Shown piece by piece: positions 12,191 to 25,831 of a stretch of 64,000 bases of DNA. The stretch lies in the NCBI GenBank assembly GCA_965153285.1, contig OZ229113.1, one strand, 5' to 3'. Origin of the DNA: Podarcis tiliguerta (Eukaryota). The notes under the pieces were generated by a model. It did not search any database and was not told the origin of the DNA. It worked only from the letters and a program-made list of their open reading frames with translations. Each line of letters opens with the position of its first letter. Within the stretch, counting starts at the first letter, position 1. The translations under genes and the position numbers were made by a program.

Positions 12191-12320
12191 CTCTAAACTA
12201 CACCAGCTCTGTATTGTGAAGTCAGCAAAACGTTTTTTGTTTTGCTTTGTTTTGGTATCTTATATTTGACAAATGAGGCATAGTTGAACATGAGGGTGGG
12301 GTGGGGAGAAATCCACTCAC

Positions 12321-12431
12321 TTTACAGATCCTTCTTCCTGAAGCTGAACACGGTAAAACAACTGAGCTGCATGTTCAATCTTGGACAGTTTGAGGAACAA
12401 CGTCACATTTAGCAAAACCAGTAGGAGCAAG
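12321..12431 (-). CDS. GRAMD1C: GRAMD1C coding exon (TM helix)
   Basis: tgcAG|C, (F)LLLLVLLNVTLFLKLSKIEHAAQLFYRVQLQEEGSV|GTGAGT; 111 nt, phase 2 to 2. Confidence 0.96.
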
Positions 12432-12871
12432 CTGCAAAGAAAGAAAGAAACCAGGCTGTTTTTATCACTTTTTCTGTTTCATGTTTATAGCATCACAGTA
12501 GTTAAGAGGCTAAACAGCAAGGATGGGGACACTGTGGCCCTCCAGATGGCTGCTGGACTTCAGATCCCATCAGCCCTAGCCACTATGCCCAATGGTCAGG
12601 GCCAATGGAAGCTGTAGTACAACACCACAAATTCCCCACACCTGCTACAGAAACTACCCCAGTAGGGAAAGGCATGTAAGGTTAGAGAGGAAAGATCATC
12701 TTCATGTCAACCTTGGCAAGATGGTTAAGACTTTTCACTGGGCAAAATAAATTATAATATTCTCATTTTAAAATGTGTATAGAAAAGAGAGCTAGCATGA
12801 GAGAGCATTGGCATTGCTCAAGCTACATTAGACCAGGGAGATCAAGGCTAGTCCACAAGCTCTCACCTTAA

Positions 12872-13068
12872 GCTCTACCGGTGGGAAGATGAACGGGGTT
12901 TCCGTGCGCTGCTGTGGTTCGCCCTAAGCGGCTTAGTCATGCTGGCCACATGAGCCGGAAGCTGTACGCTGGCTCCCTTGGCCAATAAAGCGAGATGAGC
13001 ACGGCAACCCCAGAGTTGGCCATGACTGGACCTAATGGTCAGGGGTCCCTTTACCTTTACCTTTTACC
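12872..13068 (+). mobile_element. 5'-truncated Sauria SINE
   Basis: 3' half of the element at 20775, ending ggggtccctttacctttacc. Confidence 0.85.
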
Positions 13069-13848
13069 ATTTTTGCTAATATTCACATTTTTGCAGAGCA
13101 CTTTCCCTTAACATACTGCATTTTTGTATGTTATTTTCATGAATATATGCATTTTAATTCAAACCCCCCCCCCCAGTATTTGCATTTTTGCACCCGTTAC
13201 TTAGCTGGACAAGTGTACTGTAAGATGTGAAGAAGTTTAAATTTTGAGGAATGGCTGTGTTTCAGTTCTCAGATTGTTTCAGAAGGTGTGGATTAGGGAG
13301 ATTCCATTCTAAATGCGAACTGAATTGAATTCTCCCCCATTCCTGCTGCACATACAGTCACAATATATGTGAAAATCATTAGCGGGAGTGGGAAGCTGGA
13401 GTTGCATGCAGACACACTGGGATGAAAACATGAGGATGAGAGAGGGTCCCTGACTTTCATTGACCCAGTTTTCCTCAAGCTAGTGTCTTCCATGGGTTTT
13501 GGACTAGCTCCAAGCAATCCTCCCCCAAACATTTGGAGGGCACCATGTTGAGGAAGGCTGCCCTATAATCTTACAGAAAGATTCTGGGAGTCAGGATGAC
13601 TCCCTGTCTCCACCTGCCAAACCAGCAAAGGATTATGTGTATGTGACCAGGATATGTTTCCTCTGAAGCCAATTCATCACTTGCACCTATATGTCAGTAT
13701 CCTGCATGTTAAAAATGTGAGCAACTTGGGATTAATTTGACAATGGCTCCATGAAATTCACTCAAATGCCACCAGGGAAAAATGTTTTCCCCAATATGTT
13801 TCGCCATAAGAAAAATGAAGTCAAATGAAATGCCAAAAAAGTACTTAC

Positions 13849-13906
13849 AAGATGCTCATTACCACTATGATGGTGATGGTCTTATTTGTAGCATTCCTTT
13901 TTGGTC
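13849..13906 (-). CDS. GRAMD1C: GRAMD1C coding exon (pre-TM)
   Basis: atAG|GA, (G)PKRNATNKTITIIVVMSI|GTAAGT; 58 nt, phase 1 to 2. Confidence 0.93.
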
Positions 13907-16062
13907 CTATAAGGCAAGAAAAGCAACTATTAAGTCTACTGTATCCATCTTCTTAAACTAGATTAACTTCACCTGAACGTGCATCTTTTCTGAAGACTTT
14001 CCCCCACCCCTTCTCAATGGTGGAGCAGTTCTGGTTCTTGTCTGAACTGAAAGATGCTGCTCATGTTTGCAGTCAAAATACAAATTTAATGTAGAGTGTG
14101 TTTATTTGACATGCACAGCAAGAAATACAGTAGGCAGATATACTTGTTGCAATGGAAGCTCCTCCAGAGTCGTAAAGGGCCTGAAACATCTACCACTACA
14201 ATGTAATAGACAGACTTTTAGTGTAAGAATAGTCTTGCATTAATCTCAGAATTCTGCCATGATGGCTGCTGCATATAGATTGATTCCGCCTTGTGCACAT
14301 ACCTGTCCACTGCCCAATCTTCTACCTGCCTTTGCTCACAATTCCAGCCTACGTCCCGGTAAGCTGGTTTTTCTCTCTCATGGTTACACAATGAGGCCCT
14401 CTGCCAGAAGTTACAGGTGAGACCTACACACAGTTCTGATACCACACAAGTGCACAATTCGCTAACAGAGGTGGCAGTAAGGGAAGCTACTTTAGGACAC
14501 TGACTTAGAAAAACCATCTAATCATCCCAAGCAGCATTCCAATATATCCTGATGCATGTGGAGACCAGGAAAAGTAAAACATGCATCAGCTACAGAAAGA
14601 AATTTGTGACCAAAGATAAATTCCATAGGCAACACACTCAACTAGTTTTCACAAATCAGAACCAGGAAATCATGTGATACCCACATAGGATATTTCTATA
14701 CTTTGGTGTTCTACAACTAGTGCTGGTAAGCCTCTGGCTGGTCAACATACTCCTCCTCACTTGCACACCAAGATGTCCTCCTTTTTGTTATTTGCAGCAA
14801 ACCATAATTTGCCTTTTTTGCCCAAACAAGCAAACTAGGGCTGGTGCTTGCATACAAACCAGGGTAACAAACTAGGTTAGGCATTAGATCAGAACACACC
14901 CATGACATTAGCAGTTGGACTTATCATCTGATTGCCACCCTAAAGATAAGGTCAGGTATGAAGCACACACTAGACTTACAGAATGACATCAGCACTGAAT
15001 GTTCTCTTTCACTTGTCAACTTAGGCTTCACCAGTTTCTACTACACTTCATGAGCTCATTTTCTTTCATCCCCATGGCCATTAAAACAAATAGCCATTAT
15101 CTTGACAAATATTTGAGTACAATATTTTTTGTAGCCACTAAGGGTTAGGGATGCGATTAAAGTTAAGAGTGTATACATTTTAGCTGAAACTGAATTGGCC
15201 ACCTCCTCCCCACATCACTTAGTATAACACTGAGTAAAACCTTTTTTTAAAATTCAGATTTCGTGTTCCGGCATGCAAGTATGCATTATAATTGCAGTGT
15301 ATGTATTGGCACAAACACTCTCATCTGAGAAGCTGGAGCACCAGTGAGTGGACTGATTAAAAAATCTAGGAGGCAGCTTAAAACTACTAAAATAATGAAA
15401 GGGATCAAACAGTTTTAAGGTTTCTGCAGCACACTCTGTATTGTTTTTCTCTGTATTATCTTTCCTTGAATGAAGCTATGCATTAGCAGTTTAGACTCAT
15501 TTAAAGTTGCTTCGTTTAGTTCATTCACCCTTCTTGGAACACTAAACTGTGCCATATGTTCCTCAAAATAGTCATTTATCTTCTAAATCAGCCAGTACAT
15601 GATCATATGCAATTGACTAGCATATGGAATTTTGAAAGGGCAATTGTGCAACAAGATGAGTTTCAATATCCCAGAAATTAAATGAAACTAAGTCTGATTT
15701 CAAAAGAAGGTTTAGATGTTAAGAAGATGGAAGGAAAACACTAACACATACATCGGCATAAATAATGAAAGTCATCCAGTAGTGTCTTGTGAATGACATT
15801 TGGAACATAAATCTCAAATACACGGTTGTGCAAACTGCAAAGAAAAAAAACCCTGGTCCAATCGCCCCTGTCCTGAAATCTGCATATTTTGCACAGATCT
15901 CACAATGCAGCTGTAAGCACACATTAAGTAGCTGAAGACAAATGAATCTGAGACATTCTGAAATGTGAATCAATTTTTTTTGCAAAGTAAAATAAAATAC
16001 ACTGTATTTACCAATAGGATGCTTTGTAAAAACGGGTAACTAGTCTTAAAGAAATTTCCAAA

Positions 16063-16854
16063 AGAAAAAGAAGGCACCTTTTATCATATGTGGTGGGCGT
16101 GTAAGGTAATAAAAGCATTCTGGGAAATGATATATAATGAACTGAAAAATAATGTTTAAAATAACTTTTATTAGAAAAAACCCCAGAAGCTTTTCTATTA
16201 GGAATTGTAGGTACCAATATCCCAAAGGACCAGAAAAGACCTTTTATGTATACAGTGACAGCCGCATAAATGTTATTAGCCCAGAGATGGAAAGAAGACA
16301 AATTCTCTACCAGGGAAGAATGGCAAATTAAGCTGATTGGAATATGCCAAAATGGCAAAACTGACTGGAAAGCTCAGGAACCAAGAAAACCAAAACTTTA
16401 ATAAAAAATAGGGAAAATTTGTAACCTATCTGGGAGACCATTGTAGGCAGATGAAAACATTAGCAGGATTGCAATAACACTTGTGATGTAGCAAATATTA
16501 TGGACAAAACGGCCTCGGTCCAGTATACCTGAAGGAGCGTCTCCACCCCCATCGCTCTACCCGGACACTGAGGTCCAGCACCGAGAGACTTCTGGTGGTT
16601 CCCTCACTGCGAGAAGCAAAGTTACAGGGAATCAGGCAGAGGGCCTTCTCGGTAGTGGCGCCCTCCCTGTGGAACGCCCTCCCACCAGATGTCAAAGAGA
16701 ACAACAACTACCAGACTTTTAGAAGACATCTGAAGGCAGCCCTGTTTAGGGAAGCTTTTAATGTTTGATGTATCACAGTATTTTAATATTCTTTTGGAAG
16801 CCGCCCAGAGTGGCTGGGGAAACCCAGCCAGATGGACGGGGTATAAGTAATAAA

Positions 16855-16908
<54 letters not shown>

Positions 16909-17100
16909 ATAAAATGGAGCGACTTAAAATATGGATTACTGAATAATATGCAGTTGAAAAGGTAGACAATAGGATCCACGGCATGGAAGGTGGGAAGCAC
17001 AGAGATTCAGAGGAATTTCCAAATGTGGATATGCATTTTGTATTGTTATAATTTTATATTTGTAAAATCAAATAAAAAGTATTTCAAAAAATAATAATAA
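16063..17100 (+). mobile_element. 5'-truncated L1 LINE (ORF2 C-terminus plus 3' UTR), interrupted by an L2
   Basis: Decayed KEGTFYHMWWACKVIKAFWEMIYNELK...PEAFLLGIVG...LLAQRWK (L1 C-terminal Cys/His motif); AATAAA at 17071 and an A-rich tail; possible TSD TTCCAAA (16056-16062 / 17101-17107). Confidence 0.75.
16509..16905 (+). mobile_element. Young L2-type LINE 3' fragment nested in L1
   Basis: GLGPVYLKERL..RTLRSS..RAFSVVAPSLWNALPPDVK..FRRHLKAALFREAF then 3' UTR and (ATT)15 tail. Confidence 0.85.
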
Positions 17101-17421
17101 TTCCAAAGGCATCTCTGTGCAGCCAATTCCTACACCGACAATTCAGGACTATAGCACTGAACCTGGAAGCATTGGAGACAGTACCTGCGGGAAAAGGCAC
17201 AACTTTGCAAAGGAGCTGTGTGTGAGCTGCAACACCACCACCCTTGTGTTGACTGTACCTGCCTGCATGTACCTCAGAGATGCCATATTTGGAGAGGCAA
17301 TGAAACTGAATGAGCTATGCAGAGGTGCTATATAATGCATGGCTCTCACGCGAGCACATCCCTGAAATTCCTTTGGCTTAAGTTAATGGTGAAAACAAAT
17401 ACTCCTGCTTGTAGTACCCAC

Positions 17422-17598
17422 CTCCATCACCACGGGAAGGTGCACCTGTCTCCCCCGAAGAGTACTGTGAAGAACGTTTAGGAAGTATCTCTCCCACATT
17501 CCTTTGTAAAGTCCACCTCCTCCTCCTCAGAACACCAAGTTTCACTGGATCCTCTACAGGTTTGTTTATTTCATATTCTTCCATTAGCAATTCCGATT
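17422..17598 (-). CDS. GRAMD1C: GRAMD1C coding exon
   Basis: acAG|AA, (E)SELLMEEYEINKPVEDPVKLGVLRRRRWTLQRNVGEILPKRSSQYSSGETGAPSRGDG|GTGGGT; 177 nt, phase 1 to 1. Confidence 0.94.
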
Positions 17599-18053
17599 CT
17601 GTAATGGAACAACATCCTATTTCTTACTCAGTTTTCATTTTATTTTCACTCAGAAATTCACAACGCTCTATACTGACATTTTCCAGGATATTTGAAAGGT
17701 GGTCTTTGACTGGGCGGGGGGGGGGGGGAGGAAGCACATGATGCATTGGGAAACCCAAATGTTACATTCAAGAAGTCACGTGGAGAGACAAACCAGTAAA
17801 ACAGTATCAGGTGCTGGCCTTATTTAAAAAGGGGGTGGGGAAACCAACAGTGAGCAAGGCTGCATTCACAAGGCAGTTTATTAGTATACATAAAAATGAG
17901 CAGGCTGGTCTACCTGCAACAAGTAATGCTTTACTGCGGTGCATGGGAAATAATTTATCAGAGCCTAAATAAGGTTCTGCTACTTCCCTACTTTCAGGTT
18001 ATCACAAACAGTTGGTTGAAAGTGAAATAACAGTGTTCTAATGATGCGATGTA

Positions 18054-18295
18054 CAGTGGTACCTCGGGTTAAGTACTTAATTCATTCTGGAGGTCTGTTC
18101 TTAACCTGAAACTGTTCTTAACCTGAAGCACCACTTTAGCTAATGGGGCCTCCCGCTGCCGCTGCACCGCTGGAGCATGATTTCTGTTCTCATCCTGAAG
18201 CAAAGTTCTTAACCCAAGGTAATATTTCTGGGTTAGTGGAGTCTGTAACCTGAAGCGTATGTAACCTGAAGTGTATGTAACCCAAGGTATCACTA
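18054..18295 (+). mobile_element. Tc1/mariner (pogo/Tigger-like) MITE, 242 bp
   Basis: TIR CAGTGGTACCTCGGGTTA, TA target duplication, internal TAACCTGAA repeats; 5 copies in the window. Confidence 0.88.
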
Positions 18296-18580
18296 TAGAT
18301 ATACTATGAAAGACAAATGAACAGCTTAATGCCGAGTTTTGATGCTTCATTTTTGACCTTATCTTCCAATGGTACTCGATGGGTTACTCCACATACTTGC
18401 ATAAGCAGTGTTCAAGAGCAGACACATCTGCTGGAAGGCTACCAAAAGGTAATAAATAAAGTTAAGAAACAGTCTTTAATCTGTTTCTAAAAGCTGGGAA
18501 GGTCCAAGGCTGTTCTAAAGAATACTTCTTGTGAAAATCCTGCAAATCGCACCACCACGTAGAACTATACAGTGCTATCA

Positions 18581-18766
<186 letters not shown>

Positions 18767-19307
18767 TTAGCAACTGACTGCAATACAAGGAACATTAAGG
18801 ACAGAGGCATGCTTTTTCACCCACTATGAGAGCAATTTTGTCGCTCTTTGCAGCTCAAAACAGTAAGCTGTGTACATGAGGCAAAGGCATGGTCACTAGG
18901 TGACACCTTCACCCATGCCGGTAGCCAAAAGGAGGAAATGCATAGAAGACTTGGTCTATGCTGAACATAGTACTGTACTTTCGAGTGCACACACACACAC
19001 ACTGGCTTTAAAAGGCTATTATAGATTACACTGCCAGCTGTAACCTGATGATGAACTCTACTGAAAAGGCAGTTGGAGAAAGCTCACAACACATGTTTAT
19101 AGGTCTGTTCAATACCCTGGCAAAAATAGAAGCAAAGAAACAAGTAAACGCCTGTTTCTGTCAACAGATCGTTTTCCAACTACCAAAGTAAACAGGGAAG
19201 AGAATTTGTGCAAAAGAAATTTGTGCAGAAGAACCAGTTTTACCAAACTGAGTGCAGTCGTTTTTGACTGCCTCCAGTTTCCCCATTTAACAATGCAAAA
19301 TGCCTCA

Positions 19308-19451
<144 letters not shown>

Positions 19452-19632
19452 CTATTAGAAAAAATAAAGAAGATTTTTTAAGATTATAATTCAAAAATAA
19501 TTTAAATAATGATTTTATGCATGCAAAAACATTTTCCCCCTCACCATATTGCAATAAACTTAAAACAGCTGAAACAAAAGCATGCTTAAAATGTCATCAC
19601 ACAATGGCTTGCTTTGCATGCAACACTAAGAC

Positions 19633-19768
19633 AAGGCATAGGCAAACTCGGCCCTCCAGATGTTTTGGGACTACAACTCCCATCATCCCTGACCACTGGT
19701 CCTGTTAGCTAGGGATGATGGGAGTTGTAGTCCCAAAAACATCTGGAGGGCCGTGTTTGCCTATGCCT
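19633..19768. mobile_element. Palindromic hAT-type MITE
   Basis: Near-perfect inverted arms aggcataggcaaactcggccctccagatgttttgggactacaactcccatcatc; sister of 61646-61781. Confidence 0.85.
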
Positions 19769-20278
19769 AAGACAAACCATGCTTAAGTACAAATAAGTAG
19801 CTTAGCCTTATGTCAGAACCAATGTTTGTCTCTCCCAGACAAACCATGAGCAATAAGCCAAGAACATACCTTGTCTACAGCTCATGTTTGTCTGAAGCGA
19901 GACAAACCATAAGCCCAGGTTTAAATGTAGTGCTAAGCCAAACCATGGTTTCGCCCTGGGAAGCACAGCAGTAGCAGGAATGGGGGGAATTAAAGTGGCC
20001 ATGATTTTTGCTGTGAGTACCTGCACACTCATTCATTCATACTTACACATGGTCTATCTAAGTATTACATACAATCCCAGCCAATATATAGGCTGAGATA
20101 AACATAAATGATAATCTATTTCAATATAAACTATTAAACAGGTATTCTTAATTTGATTATTGAAGTATTTCATTATTACCCTTTACTTCATTTTGGAATA
20201 AAGATACGGTAATACTAACTTGAATCTACGAAATTCAATAAAACATGCTCATTTGTCAATAAAATGAATCCATTATTA

Positions 20279-20545
<267 letters not shown>

Positions 20546-20774
20546 TCAATCATGTCTAGCCATTTACACATATCATCATAATCCTTAAACTTGTTGAAAG
20601 TGACTGGAGGAAACAAAACTACCCAGGAATCATAGGTAACTTGTCTCACGCCTTGCATCTCCATGTGTGTAAAATGAATTAAAATATGCAGCCATCAAGA
20701 TATAGTCATTTCTGATAAACAATAATGAGTTTTTGGTCACTGGTTGCAATATGTATCCATCTAACTATAGAACT

Positions 20775-21125
20775 GGGACGCAGGTGGCGCTGTGGGTTAA
20801 ACCACAGAGCCTAGGATTTGCCAATCAGAAGGTCGGCGGTTCGAATCCCTGCGATGGGGTGAGCTCCCGTTGCTCGGTCCCTGCTCCTGCCAACCTACCA
20901 GTTCAAAAGCACGTCAAAGTGCAAGTAGATAAATAGGTACTGCTCTGGTGGGAATATAAACGGCGTCCGTGCGCTGTTCTGGTTCGCCAGAAGTGGCTTA
21001 GTCATGCTGGCCACATGACCCAGAAGCTGTACGCCGGCTCCCTCAGCCAATAAAGTGAGATGAGCGCCGCAACGCCAGAGTCAGTCATGACTGGACCTAA
21101 TGGTCAGGGGTCCCTTTACCTTTAC
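20775..21125 (+). mobile_element. Sauria SINE, full length
   Basis: Head gggacgcaggtggcgctgtgggttaaacc, B box ggttcgaatcc, (ACCTTT)n tail; perfect 14-bp TSD CTAACTATAGAACT (20761-20774 / 21126-21139). Confidence 0.92.
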
Positions 21126-21572
21126 CTAACTATAGAACTACACATTATAAGGAGCTTGGATCTACTGTCAATAGTGATGGCCTATGTCAAGGTCTCTCCC
21201 TAACCCAACCCTCTGTAATTTATAGTAAGACTTTTCTGTTTCTTGACATCATTTTGTTGCAAATTTCTCTGTTCTCCCCAGTGGTGGCCACTTATGCGGA
21301 GTGGGGGTAGGTAAACACAGCTATATGAAAGAAGTAGGTTTTACTGCATGTTACAAAGGGAGAAGAAGTGACATAATTTGTCATCTTTGGTAGCAGCCCA
21401 AGAGGACAAGAAAATCATGAATCAGTTGAAGGGGATACAGGCAAAAATACATCACTGCTTCTTGAAAAAGGTGAATCCGCTTGCAAAGAAGGAGCATCTA
21501 CAGTGGGAAAAGCTCTCAAGAAAGGAGAGGAATTCTTGGTGTTTACTTTACAGAGAAAACTATCATAAGAAT

Positions 21573-21861
21573 GTTGTTGTTTAGTCGTTCAGTCGTGACC
21601 GACTCTTCGTGACCCCATGGACCAGAGCACGCCAGGCACTCCTGTCTTCCACTGCCTCCCGTGGTTTGGTCAAACTCATGCTGGTAGCTTCAAGAACACT
21701 GTCCAACCATCTCGTCCTCTGTCATCCCCTTCTCCTTGTGCCCTCCATCTTTCCCAGCATCAGGGTCTCTTCCAGGGAGTCTTCTCTTCTCATGAGGTGG
21801 CCAAAGTATTGGAGCCTCAGCTTCACGAGACTCCATTCAGCTTCACGAGGCTTCATTCTTC
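21573..21861 (-). mobile_element. RTE-BovB LINE, 5'-truncated
   Basis: Reverse of the BovB 3' end (KLRLQYFGHLMRREDSLEETLMLGKMEGTRRRG.QRTRWLDSV...) with (CAA)n tail; 11-bp TSD ATCATAAGAAT (21562-21572 / 21862-21872). Confidence 0.9.
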
Positions 21862-21916
21862 ATCATAAGAATAACCAGCATCAAATTGTGGTTTCAGGTC
21901 ACAGTGTTTTGGTCCC

Positions 21917-21961
21917 TAGGGTTGCCATATGTCTGGAAACCTCAACGACATGGCAACCCTA
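21917..21961. mobile_element. Minimal 45-bp hAT-type MITE
   Basis: 12-bp TIR TAGGGTTGCCAT/ATGGCAACCCTA with perfect 8-bp TSD TTGGTCCC. Confidence 0.8.
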
Positions 21962-22010
21962 TTGGTCCCAAATAAACAAACTGATTTTTCCATGAAAGGG
22001 TATAAAGTTA

Positions 22011-22304
<294 letters not shown>

Positions 22305-22659
22305 CTAGAACAGTAAATTGTCTCTAGAGTAGACTTGTGAGACAATCTGCTATCTTACTAAGAACATAAGAGTCGTACATGAACAGATAAAGCTTAAACG
22401 CACCCAATGCAGGTGTACAAGCAGGAATGTCAAGACATGATGCCAAGTGTTAGAGGAAAGAAGCATTTCCTTCATCTTACACCAAGGCTCAAGACTTTGA
22501 GAGAATGACACCTGGTAACTGACTCTTGTGCTAAACAGCAAGAGGATTGCTACTCTCTGTTCTCTGTTAGGTTTATGTCTGCCAGTTCAGCTTGGCGGGG
22601 GAGAGAGAGAGACTGAGCCAGAGAGAAATTAAGCTCAGAAGTACTGTGATTACCTTTAA

Positions 22660-22910
22660 TGCCCTTAAGCAATAGTGTACTGCATATGGAATCAAGCTAC
22701 ATAAAGGGCTGCCTAAATCCATATGAACCTACCAGGGATTTGAGAACAGCTACAAGGGCTTGCCTCATTTGCCCACCAGGAAGGAAGGTTAAGCTGACAG
22801 GGACAGGGGGCAGGACCTTTTCTGCAACGGCTCCATGGCTATGAAACTCCCTTCCCTAAGATATACCACTCCTTGGTAGTGTTCAGATGGACTCTTAAAA
22901 CTTTTTTATT
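22660..22910 (+). mobile_element. Old L2 LINE fragment
   Basis: PYEPTRDLRT..GRTFSATAPWL.NSLP..FRWTLKTFL, decayed L2 C-terminus. Confidence 0.6.
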
Positions 22911-23020
22911 ATTATAAAGTATTGTTTTTAGGCAGTAGCCTTAATTTATAAACTTACACTGATATGGCTGGCCGTAATATATTTGCGTTTTTTTTAAAAA
23001 GGATGTTATTATTACAATTA

Positions 23021-23262
23021 CAGTGGTACCTCAGGTTAAGTACTTAATTCGTTCTAGAGGTCCGTACTTAACCTGAAACTGTTCTTAACCTGAAGCACCA
23101 CTTTAGCTAATGGGGCCTCCTGCTGCCGCCGCGCCGCCAGAGCACGGTTTCTGTTCTCATCCTGAAACAAAGTTCTTAACCCGAGGTAATATTTCTGGGT
23201 TAGCGGAGTCTGTAACCTGAAGCATATATAACCTGAAGCGTATGTAACCTGAGGTACCACTG
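23021..23262 (+). mobile_element. Tc1/mariner MITE, 242 bp
   Basis: TA-CAGTGGTACCTCAGGTTA...TAACCTGAGGTACCACTG-TA. Confidence 0.9.
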
Positions 23263-25123
23263 TATGTTGTTTATGTTTTATATGTTTTGTATTGTTTTCA
23301 CACACAGTGAGGGGGAATATAGGCAATGGCATGATAGCAGCACTGTGTGTAATATTTAAGAGTGAATAAATAACTACTGAATTGATTCTCATTCTCCAAA
23401 AGTTAAGTCAGACCTAACATATTTTGGTGATGAGGGGAGAAAAGAAAAGAAGAGCAAGAGTATCCTTCATCTTGTTCTCAGTACTGAGAGAAATCAGGAC
23501 TACAGTACAAAACTGAGATGTGGTGCTTGTGCAGTGGAGTCCATATAGTAATGACTGCTGAAAGCAAATACCACAGAGAGGAATTTGAGATGGTGCAATG
23601 TTCTCTATACTAACAATAGACAAGTACTGCAATATCCTAAAATATCCAGGCGTGGTAATTAGAGGCAAACATCGACCCACATGATAAATGCAAGTGAATA
23701 CAATGAAAAGTGTTTTATTTTCCACATGATCTACTGTTCTGGCTGCTACAGAGCCATGCTCACTGCATTTAGAATCTAAAAAAGTATATCTATTCAAACT
23801 AGCAAAGAATGGGGCAAGAACACTTTTGTGCTGTAATCAAAATCAGGAAATTAAACTTAAAAGTACTAGGGTACAGAATGTCAGTACGTTCATAATGACA
23901 AGGTGCACATGTCACTGGAGACTTTAATATAGAGATATGCCTCTTAGCCCACTAATCACAAGCAATTACTCGCTCTGTGCAGTTGCTCACACTGCCAGAG
24001 AGGTGTGTTGCAGTATAGAAACGAAAAGGAACAAACCACAAGGTAAGGAAATGTTTCCTTACAAGGTTCAGTGTTTATCTTGCAAATAATATTCCTTGGG
24101 TGGTTGTTGCTGTTTTGGTTACACATTTTTTTAAAAAAAATGCTTACCCTTATAAAAAGCTCAGCTGCTTGCAGAAAGGAGACCTATATAATGGCCCCTG
24201 GGGAACACACTGAGCCTGTGCACATTCACTGCATTCCTATATCCCTGTGATCCCTGTCAATGGGTACTCATGTAGGAAAAACAGTATTCACTAATAACCC
24301 TTCAGTGGATGACACAATATGGATTGCATCAAATGGTCTTCATTGGCAGAAGGCTCTTTGATTTAGCAGAGGCTTTCATCAATAGAATGGGAATTGTGGA
24401 TTTTGTTGGTTCTCCCTTTCCCTGCACCACCTCCCATGCTGTTCTGAAGGGTTCTCAAGCACTGGAGGAGATTGAAAGGCAAATTAGCAAAAACTGCCTT
24501 GCTGTTTTGTTGATGGCAGCTTCTGCTTGATCAAAGTGCCTTTCATTCAGCAAAGAGACACCACTGCATACAACACTTCATTCCAGCTAACTGGGGGTGA
24601 GTGTTTCGTAGCTATATTTAAAAGCTTTTCCTAGTACTTTTTGGAAACTAACTTGCATGACTGTTGAAATGCAAGGCAGCCTTTCACTCCCTTTACCTCC
24701 CTTTACCCCCAGTCACACACACCTGCCTGAATGTGCAGAATTCTGCTTTTGGCATGCCAAAGCTAAGTGGCACTTACTTATCTGGGCACACCAAAAGCTA
24801 ATCCTTGCACATGGTAACTAGCAACATAACCATCTCATCTTAGGCCAAACACAGCACCTGGATGTCAGTGTGGACAAGGTTATTTTCTTAATTGCTCCCA
24901 ACCACATGGTCAAGGCAAAGTTTCTCAGCAACACTCCTGAAGGTTTTTACAAAGGAAGAAGCCACAGACTGAACAAATCGAAGCAAAGACAGCCCAGCCT
25001 TGAATGCCTCTCTCCAACATCAGACTGAGGACATAAGGAACTGCCAAACCGTAGCTGTATATAGAGGGATGGCTGTGAAAATGAAGTGAAAGCTAAAATT
25101 GAACACCGCTTACATTTAGAATA

Positions 25124-25335
25124 CAGTGGTACCTCCGGTTGTGCACGGGATCCGTTCCGGAGCTCTGATTGGATCCCGAGGAATTCGCAACTGGGGGTGC
25201 TACTTCTGCACATGTGCGTGGAACATAGAGCGCTTCTGCGCATGCTATGAGACCCAGAAAAATACTTCTGGGTTTGCCGGGCTCACATCCTGAAGGATAT
25301 GCAACCAGAGTTGTGCGTATCCAGAGGTACCACTG
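25124..25335. mobile_element. Tc1/mariner MITE, related family (212 bp)
   Basis: Same terminal CAGTGGTACCTC and TA TSD as the 242-bp family but a different interior. Confidence 0.8.
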
Positions 25336-25831
25336 TATATTCATTTTAGTTCAGAGATCATTCAAACATTTTTGAAAAATAATCAGAAGTACTAACAAAA
25401 AAAAACCCTTCCTGCCTGTGCAACACGAATCTTATCTACGTTAAAAATAAACTGTCCATATTCCAAAGCAACAGATTTCTGTGGCAACTAATACCGTTAA
25501 GTGACAGATGTACCATTTGCAAAATGCAATATTGAAACAAGACATTTCAGTCTTTGCCAATCTCACTTTTTATGTCAATATAGCCAAGCAACACAGTAAC
25601 TCAAATTTATTGGAGTTGGGAGGGTTGTGTGGATCAGCCTTTCCCAAACTGGTGCTCTCCAGTTTTTGGAACTACAACTCCCAGCCAACATGGACGATGG
25701 TCAAGGATGATAGGAGTTGCAGTCCAAAACATCTGGAGGCCATCAGGCTGGGGAAGACTGGTGTGAATGCAATGAGACTGGCAAAACTTTCTGATGTGTT
25801 TTATTTATTGCCCATGACTACTTTTGTTAAT

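Noticed and set aside
18054-18295. Regularly spaced TAACCTGAA repeats suggestive of a CRISPR-like array
   Set aside because: They are subterminal repeats of a MITE, the same in five dispersed copies, with no unique spacers and no cas genes; the context is eukaryotic.
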